64,000 bases of DNA from Kondoa subrosea (taxonomy: Eukaryota): assembly GCA_039545335.1 (NCBI GenBank), contig BCIN01000006.1:1306958-1370957 (forward strand), given 5' to 3'. Under the pieces are notes generated by a model. The model searched no databases and was not told where the DNA came from. It saw nothing but the letters and a program-made list of their open reading frames with translations. The position numbers were made by a program, and so were the translations under genes. Position 1 is the stretch's first letter. Each line of letters opens with the position of its first letter. Below, one piece after another: positions 54,682 to 64,000 of the stretch.

Positions 54682-56705
54682 TTACATCTGCGAAACATTG
54701 GTCATCTGGCGATAGTGTTTGAGTTGGAAGGATAAGATACTTAGACAACTAACCTTCTTGCGCTTCTTTGCCGGCTCCTTATCGCCTGTGTTTGCGGAAG
54801 TCGATTCCTCCACTAATTTGGCGGCTGCTTTGGCTCTGCGACGCACTAAGAAATTGCTCGGAAGGGCCTGTCAATAGCTAGACACACGCTTTTTTCTCCG
54901 CCTTTCGCAACTTGCGAGCAGACTCTGCATCTTCAGTCGGAACGACGTGCTCCGCCGTCGCCACATCATTCGCGCTTTCTTCATTGGCTTGGACCGAAGA
55001 ATCCATAACTCCTGCTTTTCTCTTTTTGCTCGCCTGCTCTGATTGGTTCAAAGCATCAACCGTTCCTGACGCTTGACTGGGTTGCTGTGATTCTGTAAGC
55101 AGCCCAGTGCTTGCGGACTTTGAAGAAAATCAGAACACAGAGTGCACTGCGACAGCATACGCGTACTGTTGCAGGACCGACTTGCTCCGAATAGTCGACG
55201 TAGGTCTTATTCCAGGATTCCGGCGTCTTGCCAGGAAGAGGTTTACCGTGCTTGTCAAGTGTTCCTGCAGCTACCATCTTCTTCTTCTCCTGTGCGCGTG
55301 GACCTAGACCCCATTTCCGTGGATAGATATCTATAGATTGTTGAGCTAAACAGTGCTTTAGGGCTTCATGCATACCTCGGTCCATGATACATCTTTTGAT
55401 GGTAGCCACTACTCCGTGATCACAAGTAGCGAGATCTACAGTTGTCATCTGAGGAATATGTCAACCCGTAACCAGAATGACAGGGTCAGAAGAGCCTACC
55501 TGAGCGATGCCCACGGCAATAGCTTCGCCTTTGGTGGTCATCAAAACAATCTCTTCGTAAAGCTCGATGCCCTCCTCTAGGACAGGCTTTAGTCTTGGGG
55601 CTCTTAATAAAATTAGCATCCGTACCGTATCTGAGCAACCCTGGAATCATTAGTCTTGCCCCATAAGTGATGGCATTGACTGCTGAATCCTGTTTATGAG
55701 CAACATCCATCAATGGGCTTCTTCTCGTCGTGGCTACGACCCTGACACCGCACCTTAACAACAACTCTCTTGTAACCGATTAGTAAGGATTCCAACGGGC
55801 GGATTACTCTTCGCAAGTACGATTCTTGTATGAACGATGAGCAAAACATCCAGAATAAGAGTGGAACAGAAGCGAGACGCACCATCCCTGCTAGTATCGT
55901 ATAGCCATTGTGCATCCAGTACATCATGCATTGTAACAATGTCATCATTTTCGCTCAGCGCACCCGAGCGGACTCTTCGCAGCTCTTGCATATGCCCGCC
56001 CACCCCTAATAAGAGTCCAAGATGTACGCATAGTGTTCTGATGTAGGTACCAGCCTCGCAGGATACCCAGAAGACTGCCAGATGCCGGGAGTTATCGAAT
56101 TCGATGAGTTTTGATTCGTAAATGGTACGGACACGGAGTTGCCTCTTAACTGCTGAGATGAGAGGTGGTCGTTGAAAGAGCGCGCCAGTCAGCGTCTCGA
56201 GCGCTCGAGCCAACATAGCTTCATTGGGCAGAGAATCGTGCAGCCGCAAAACGCAAACGTATTCCTTCCCGGCGCTTTGTTGAGATTTCACCAAGCGAGT
56301 TGCACGATCCACGCAGACTGTCAGACATCCTGTTACTTTTGGATCGAGCGTCCCAGAGTGGCCGGTTTTTTCACATTTGAGGATTCGGCGGATCCAAGCG
56401 ACAACTTCATGTGATGATGGGTTAGAAGGCTTGTCCAGGTTGATGACGCCAGTTCTACGAGTCGTCTGTGTTAGCACTGCAAAAGCCACCCGCAAAAGGA
56501 CCGACTTGACATAGGAGGCTAGATCGCGCTTCATTGGAGAAGCGCCAGCAGGTATGGGCGTGTAGTGAGCAGATCTGATGAGTAGCTTGTCATAATTCTT
56601 TAGCAGCAAAGGCCAAGTAGAAGTATCAAGCTTTGGTGTAAAAGACGCAGACTTGAGGATGTAATCGCTTTGGTCGGCTTCAGTCTGCTGGCTTGTCTCG
56701 TGCAT
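54682..56705 (-). CDS. CBF5: H/ACA snoRNP pseudouridine synthase (dyskerin); ends approximate
   Basis: [69 protein letters not shown]. Confidence 0.96.
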
Positions 56706-56763
56706 TAGATAGGAAGTCGCCGGATCTCTGCTCTCTTGTCTCATGCCTTGCCCGAAATGGTCT

Positions 56764-56790
56764 GAGAGAGAGAGAGAGAGGAAGAGAGAG
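56764..56790. repeat. (GA)n microsatellite upstream of CBF5
   Basis: gagagagagagagagaggaagagagag. Confidence 0.8.
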
Positions 56791-57850
56791 AAAATTTCTT
56801 CGTCGCCCTAATAGAGAAGCCAACAGATGCCTTGCCCGCTCTTCTTCACCTGTGTCCCTACGCCTGTACCACCATCTGTCGGGCGCGCCCCCAGGACTAT
56901 GGGTAACACCCGCAAGGCCTGCCCGTGTCAAGAGTTATCCGTGATTCTCAGCCTAACTAAATCATTTAGAGAGCGCCTCATTGCAGATTGCTCTGGTGAA
57001 TCTTATCAAACGTGGTTGTCTTCATCTGGAGCTTCACAGGAATTTTCGGTATATGGGTCAGCAACTGCAGTTGTCAGATAATGCTGTACCGTTTCTCCTC
57101 TTCTTTATCTCTTCTCGATTACTCTTACCTGGTCACAAATGTTGAGACTACACTGGATTGCATGCGCACGCGAAAGTGGAATAACATGGCGGAAAAAAGT
57201 TATGGAAAGCGTGGGCGAGGGCGTGTCCATCGCTTCTGAGCTTTTTGCTGAGTGGATACTTTACCAATGACCTGGCGAAGAGAGAAGGGATGCATGGTCT
57301 GCGGCGAATATGTTGCCAGAGACCATTACACTGTTCCTTCTTGGCCAATTGGATGTCTATAGGCCTGAGAGGCGCTGCCGGTCTGAGTATAGATTGTGCT
57401 ATGCCATGAATGCATGTTCGCTAGTTTTCATGTCGTGAGCTCTTCGAAGCTTCGGCGTAACAACTCGGATCATCCATATGGCATGTGCAGTCAAGTGTCT
57501 CACACAAAAGCTGTCGAATGCAGTAGAGGCAAGATCTCGCAAGAAACATTAGACAAGGTAAGTGCATATATCCAGGGACAGATTGAGGTAGAAACCGGAA
57601 AATGCGCATAGCCCTTCAAGCACGCAAGGACTCGGATTTCTTTTGCTCAACTCGTGCACGCTCCACCGCACGCGGCGAGTATCGCTTGTACAGGGCTGAT
57701 AGAAAGCAGATTCGACCACAGCTTGTCTAGCAAAGAGAATGGAAATAATGCTCTTCAAACGAGATATCGATAGCATGCAGAAGACGCCTACCCTACCTAC
57801 TTAGTGAGTGAGACATGCCGCCAAAAGCATCAACCATATTATACCTTCCA

Positions 57851-58528
57851 TCACTCCGCCTCCGAAACGGCTTCGTCCTAAAACGGAGAACTTTAACCTT
57901 TACAAGAGCTTAAAGCAAAATGACTCACCTCATCAACGTTGAAGAATTTGAGTTGATAGGTGTTTTTGTCAGAGGCGACAACGCGTAACCATTCTCGCAT
58001 GGAGTCTGAAAAAACTGTTATTCCTGGCTATGACAGAGAAGAATGTTCAGCTTACTTTTCTTCAAGTATTTCTTGGTCAAATACTTCAGATATCTCTTAG
58101 ACACCGGTACAGTAGAAGAGACAGCTAGTTTGCCGGTACCTATAAACATTAATCAACATTAATCAGATTGCAGAAAATTAAAGAAGCTTGATAGCAGGTT
58201 CTCACTCTCTCTCGACAGTTTGATCTTATCACCAAGCTGTCCTGATCTGCCATCGACTTTAATTCGGTCCTGCATGACTAGAAAATCAAAGTGAGAAAAA
58301 TCGATTCAGGAAAGTTATCCAAGTACACTTTTCAAAGGCCGCAGCATCAAAGATCTTATCGTTGGCGGGAATAGAGTAGTCAATGTAAAAGGTGTTGGCG
58401 CCAGCCGAAGACCCTTTGGCGGATTTGGCCGATTTCTTGGGAGTCTGCAATACAGAGGTCTACTGAGTTACAGCAAAACATGTATCCGTCAGGAATAGGC
58501 GCACAGCTACTACGATCGAAGAAGACAT
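57851..58528 (-). CDS. RPL22: 60S ribosomal protein L22 (eL22), multi-exon
   Basis: [77 protein letters not shown]. Confidence 0.93.
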
Positions 58529-58876
58529 CTTTTTTCCTTTCTTGGGAATGGCAGTCAAGAATGAACCAAACTTTTTCTTGCACCTATGATCAGCGGTTCG
58601 GCGGTGCCAAATTTTTGTTGGGCACCATATTACAAGGCACATCCCCTGCTTGCACCCTCTGTGTCTAGTCTTGAATGATGAAACGACACTACTGAAAGCG
58701 CACCTTACTGGCGTCGTGCACCAATTCGGTCATAAGCTCAAAGCTGGACAAACATTTGGATCAATATTATCAGTATTCGGATCTCTAATAGCTTCAGAAC
58801 AGCAGAGGCATCATGATGTGGGCTTATTGCAGATCTCAATTGTCTTGTTGAAGTAAAGTGCTCTATCAGTGGTAAA

Positions 58877-59845
58877 ATGGCGCGCCTGAAAATTCTCGGG
58901 GGGATCGAATCCTACCATTCTAATTTCTTGCCATCACTGTTTCGTGCGACTGGACAACTGCATATTCGAACATTGGCTCGGGCTGCAGAATATCAAGACC
59001 GCGATGTGTCGAAACCAGTCCCGGCAGCCGTGTTCGCGCAATATGCGCATTACAAATGTACCGCACCAGAGCACGAGACCATGTCGTCCTGTCTGAAGTG
59101 GGCAAGTTCTACGAAGTATCACTATTATTTTGAAGCACGAGTCTGTCTAACTCTTTATTCACGGACATATGGGCAGACGCCCAAGCATCTGGCCGAGAGA
59201 CTCAATCTGTCTTTAATCGAAGCTAAGGGCGAAAAACAGCAGGTTGAATGCGGTTTTCCTACTGGTCAGCTTGTTCGCCAGATGAAGTTGCTTGTTGGTC
59301 AGAAGAAGGAGAAGGTCGCTTTGTACGAATCTTACCAAAGTAGTCCGATGGAATCTGCAAGCCTTGAACGTCGCCTACATCGCATTTTCGCACCCGGTAC
59401 CCTCGGAATTCACTTCGCAGGACCCATTAACAACAAGTGCCTGGTGCTAATCACCGAGATCAAAGAGAACTCCGATGAGATGCCGTCGGTTCTCTACGAC
59501 GATGTCTGGATAGCCGACTTGCACAAGATCGTTCGCACACTATGTCGGAATAGGTTTAGCTGGAGCTCAAGCACCCAGCGGGAATGTTTATGCTGTCACC
59601 AATCTGGAAAGTTCACGTCGTCCTTATATGCTACAAGGAAGGCCCAAGAAGTCGTCTTCGATGTCAGCGGACATCCAGAGGGTCTGCTAGGGTGCGATGC
59701 TCGCAAATTGCTCAGAACTTGCCGTTATAAATGTCCAGCTCGCCTGCTTCTTTGCACCGAAGACAACTTACTCAACGGCATGCTTCAGCCGTTCCTTGAT
59801 GACTGTGAAAACGCGACAAGCCACCACCATCCACGGCGAGACTAG
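58877..59845 (+). pseudogene. Degenerate, truncated MutS domain I(-II) gene, MSH1-like
   Basis: Main frame: PAAVFAQYAHYK...TYGQTPKHLAERLNL...CGFPTGQLVRQMKLLV...KVALYE...RRLHRIFAPGTL. The motif DHVVLSEVGKFYE lies in a shifted frame (59077-59115). No ATPase domain before COQ2. Confidence 0.6.
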
Positions 59846-60106
59846 CGAAGTCCACACGCAGATACAGTCTCTGTTATTAGTATAGTTGTTTCCCTATGTG
59901 CAGCGTGCAGCGTTCGGTGCCAACATGATACGTTGCCCTTGCGGTCTAAAATGCGGTCGCTTCCGTTCTCCCCGCATTTTCGAGCTCATTAAACGGAAAG
60001 CGTTTTCTTCCAAGTAACCAAGTTTTTCGGCCGCGGTCCGTTCCCGCTGCCTCGCTTCCGTTCCTACGTGGCATCTCTATTGAATAGTCTTAATTCTAAG
60101 AATTGT

Positions 60107-61323
60107 TTACAAAGAATTGTTGAAATAGTAATCCATCAGCAGCCCTAGCCAAATTAATCCCCCCACCTCCCTGTTGCTGCAAAACCGGTGCCAGCAACTG
60201 GTTGTCGATGCCAGTTGCACGGTCGACAATTGCCAGGCTAAATGTATTGCGCTTCCAGCTACGCTAACGAGCCAGAACGCCAGGCCGGCTCCGTTAGCGG
60301 AACCAGCAAGTCCCAGGCCAGCCAAGAACAGGGAACCAAAACAAGCGAGGATGGGCTTGGTTTGATGTTTGAACAGGAGAGCTGTAGATTTCACTCCTAC
60401 TGCAATATCATCATCCTTGTCCTGATGCGCGTAGATGGTATCGTAAAAGATTGTCCAAGCGACGGAACCAAAGTACAACGGTAGGTATATCAGAGGATCA
60501 AGAGCGCCGACGATAGCCATCGGACCGAGGAGAGCACCCCAGTTGAACGCAAATCCTGTAGAGTGTAAGTAACAGATTTAGCTGAGACTGCTCTCCGGTA
60601 CTGCCAAAGAACACACCAAGAATTGCTTGAGGCCAATAAGTTATGCGTTTCATGAGAGGATACATTACGACCAACAAAAGAGAGGCAGATCCTAGTATGA
60701 TACTATTGACTCCATAAATATCCATTGTCTCGAGCAATGTCTCGAAGAAATGTCCAACAAAAGGCCTGACCTTTGATAATTTAGTTGCGTTAGTATACCG
60801 AGGCCAACAGAGAGCTGCAATGCCAAAAAGGATACCGCGCGAAATGGCGTGATCTTGCCAGCTGCGATGGGTCTCATCTTTGTACGATCTGCCAGACAAG
60901 GAGTCAGCAGGTTGAAGCGTACTGATCATATACTACTCGCCAACTCGACTGTCGATCTTGCGATCCCACAAATCGTTAATAGTACAACCAGCTCCGCGCA
61001 TTACAACTGCGCCGCTTCCGAAAAGGAACAAATACCAGGCCAGGCCGCTCGGACTGACAGCGTTTGATGTGGAAGCCATTGTCAACGACCAGGCTTGCGA
61101 CTAGCTCGATAAGCGCGTGCTTGCTGCAAAGCTTGACAGAAGACTGACCGCACGGCCAATATAGCAACCACGTGCCTATAGGTTTGTCCAAGCGAGCCAA
61201 TTGGACATAGGAATTGTTGCGGAAAGCAGAGATTTGGCGCGCCGTAAAGAGAGAGCGCCGATGAAACCGGTCGAGGCCATAAGTCGCTTGACGTTGACAG
61301 GACGCGGTGCGCAGAATCCACAT
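60107..61323 (-). CDS. COQ2: 4-hydroxybenzoate polyprenyltransferase
   Basis: [59 protein letters not shown]. Confidence 0.95.
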
Positions 61324-61466
61324 ATTGGTCGTTGTTAGGCAAATCTTTGATGTTTCGTATATAGAATCATTCCCTGAAACCTACGGTTCTCTTGACCCTT
61401 ACCAACGATTCGCTCCTGTCAAGCACTGGACGCGCAAGCACGCATTCTAGTCTCGCATAGCTAGCC

Positions 61467-64000
61467 ATGGCCTCCACGTCGCCTCTGGCATTATTGGCTG
61501 CATACACAAAAGGTGTCCGAGCTTGGTTTCCCGACAGTCAGCACGCGTGGGTTGGAGCAGAGCTCAAGACTACCGAAGTCAGTAGCACTAAACAGCCCGC
61601 ACCTGGATTGAAAGTGGTGATCAACAGATTACTGAGAGTGCTGTGAAATTGGTTTTTGAAGATGCTAAAGGCAAAGTGGGTCTGACTGCACAGACATATG
61701 GGCTCGTCTGATAGTCCAGTAGCTTCACGTCTACCAAAGCCAATTGGCAGAAGTACACGAAAGCACGGATCCAAGTCTTTCAGGTTTACCACCGCTTCGA
61801 AACCCTCCTTTGCTGGAACAGACCGAAGACCTCACAAATCTGAGTCATCTCAACGAACCAAGCGGTGCTTCGATACCTTTTCATTGCAATGATTTCTGCT
61901 GATCAGGATCGCTGCAGTTTTACATTCCATTGGATTGCGTTACCAATCGCAGCAGATCTACACTTACAGTGGCATTGTCCTGGTTGCTGTCAACCCTTTC
62001 ACTTCTGTCCCTTTGTACACCAATGATTATGTGAAAATGTACACCGGCAAGCGGAAAGGTGAGCTGGATCCGCATCTTTTCGCCATTGCGGAAGATGCAT
62101 ATCGCTGCATGATCCGTGATTCAAAGAATCAGACTGTCATTGTGAGCGGCGAGAGTGGTGCCGGCAAAACGGTATCAGCGAAGTACATCATGCGCTATTT
62201 TGCCTCTGTCGATCAGCCAAATGTTTCAGATACAAGCGGCGCTCAACACAAAGCAGATTCCGAAATGTCTGCAGTAGAACGTCAGATTCTGGCCACAAAC
62301 CCGATCATGGAAGCTTTCGGAAATGCCAAAACTACTCGCAATGACAATTCATCGCGTTTTGGCAAGTACATCGAGGTAAGTCTGCCTAGTTCTTTTTATG
62401 AAAACATCCAATACTTTATCAGATCCTTTTCGACAAATCAGCTACAATCATTGGCGCCCGCATACGGACGTACTTGCTGGAGCGTTCACGATTAGTGTAC
62501 CAGGCTGAAACAGAGCGGAATTACCACATCTTCTACCAGTTGCTGGTTGGGGCGTCGCCTTCAGATCGCAGCTCCTTTGGCCTTGCAGAGGCGAAAGCTT
62601 TCAAGTTTCTCAATCAGGGCGGGTCTTCTGCGTACAGCATTCCTGGCGTTGATGATGCTGAAGAGTTCCGTACTACTCAGACTGCACTAGGGGTTGTTGG
62701 GATCACGTCTCAGCGACAATGGCAGATATTTGCTTTACTGGCCGCATTATTACATCTGGGCAACATTGAAATTGGCCAGAACCGCACCGAAGCCCTTCTC
62801 GATGATAACGATCTCAGCATGTCAATGGCAACCAAGCTACTAGGAATACAAAACCTTGATTTTAAAAAGTGGCTAATCAAGAAGCAGATCGTGACACGAA
62901 GCGAAAAGATCACAACATCCCTGAGCGCAAGTCAAGCAAGCACAGTGAGGGATTCGGTAGCCAAATATATTTACTGCATGCTCTTCGACTGGTTGGTCGG
63001 CGTCATCAACGACAGCCTCGCCGCATCCATTGATGAACAGGCAACCTTCATAGGTGTCCTTGATATCTATGGTTTCGAGCATTTCAAGGTGTGTATTATC
63101 GCTCTGCATCGGAAACCAATCTTGTTTGAACCCGAGCTCGAATTAGACCAATTCCTTCGAGCAGTTTTGCATCAACTACGCAAATGAAAAATTACAGCAA
63201 GAATTTACTGCGCATGTCTTCAAATTAGAACAAGAAGAATATGTATCAGAGAAGATAACATGGACCTTCATCGATTTCAGTGACAATCAGCCGTGTATCG
63301 ACATGATTGAAGGGAAATTAGGTGTGCTTGCTCTCTTGGATGAAGAATCGCGCCTACCGTCCGGTTCGGATGACTCCTTCGCTCAAAAGCTTTATAGTCA
63401 ATTATTGAAGCCGGGATCCAAGTTTTTCAAAAAGCCACGATTTGGCAAGACTGCTTTTACAATCAATCACTATGCTCTTGAAGTGACCTATGAAACCGAA
63501 GGTTTCTTAGAGAAGAACAGAGACACCGTTCCGGATGAGCATATCGCCTTGCTGGTAGCAACAACTAATTCCTTTTTGAAAGAGGTCATCGATCGTTCGC
63601 TGAACAAAGCCACTGAGAAGTTTGCTACGGGCATGGAGGATATCTCCGGCTTGTCTAACAACAAGCGGTCATCATCAATCGTGCCTGGTCTTCGGAAGAC
63701 CGGCATGGCGACAAGCAGCAGAAAACCTACATTGGGCTCAATCTTCAAGTCGAGCTTGGGAAACCTCATGGAAACCGTTGACTCTACGAATGCTCATTAC
63801 ATCAGATGTATTAAACCGAACGAAAACAAAACAGCCTGGGGATTCGAACCTCATATGGTTCTTAGTCAACTGCGGGCCTGCGGTGTCCTGGAGACAATCC
63901 GAATCAGTTGCGCTGGTTATCCGACTCGCTGGACATTTGATGAATTTGCAGAGCGGTCAGCATATTCTGTGCCTGCGCAATGAATTTCTTTGTTCAATGC
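61467..64000 (+). CDS. MYO2: Class V myosin, N-terminal motor part (runs past the window end)
   Basis: [82 protein letters not shown]. Confidence 0.95.

Overview
Eukaryotic, intron-rich and very compact fungal DNA, most consistent with a basidiomycete (probably Pucciniomycotina). About 30 genes are present, with introns of roughly 36-70 nt and intergenic gaps often under 150 bp. The window looks like part of a pheromone/receptor (P/R) mating-type region. It has two CAAX-terminated, tandem-repeat lipopeptide pheromone precursor genes: 10453-10641 (-, 3 cores) and 22151-22288 (+, 2 cores), with predicted core NTPGPPGGIGTVC. It also has STE20 (PH-CRIB PAK), mitochondrial RibL6, RPAC1/RPC40, an RRM gene (MRD1), ABC1/COQ8, RPL22 and MYO2. 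The most striking structure is a ~2 kb near-identical inverted repeat (8999-11009 / 21783-23742) around a 10.8 kb segment (MET14, SSE1, SET2). Each arm carries a pheromone gene with its promoter and a JmjC oxygenase gene. Clearly diverged homology continues outside the left arm (lost ATG, in-frame TGA), which points to an old duplication kept homogeneous by gene conversion or inversion. Other observations: a degenerate MutS-I (MSH1-like) fragment, 3-14 nt microexons, GC-AG introns, and several kb-scale stretches with no recognisable gene. I found no STE3 receptor, STE12 or homeodomain gene in this window. Boundaries of spliced genes were read by eye and some ends are approximate.
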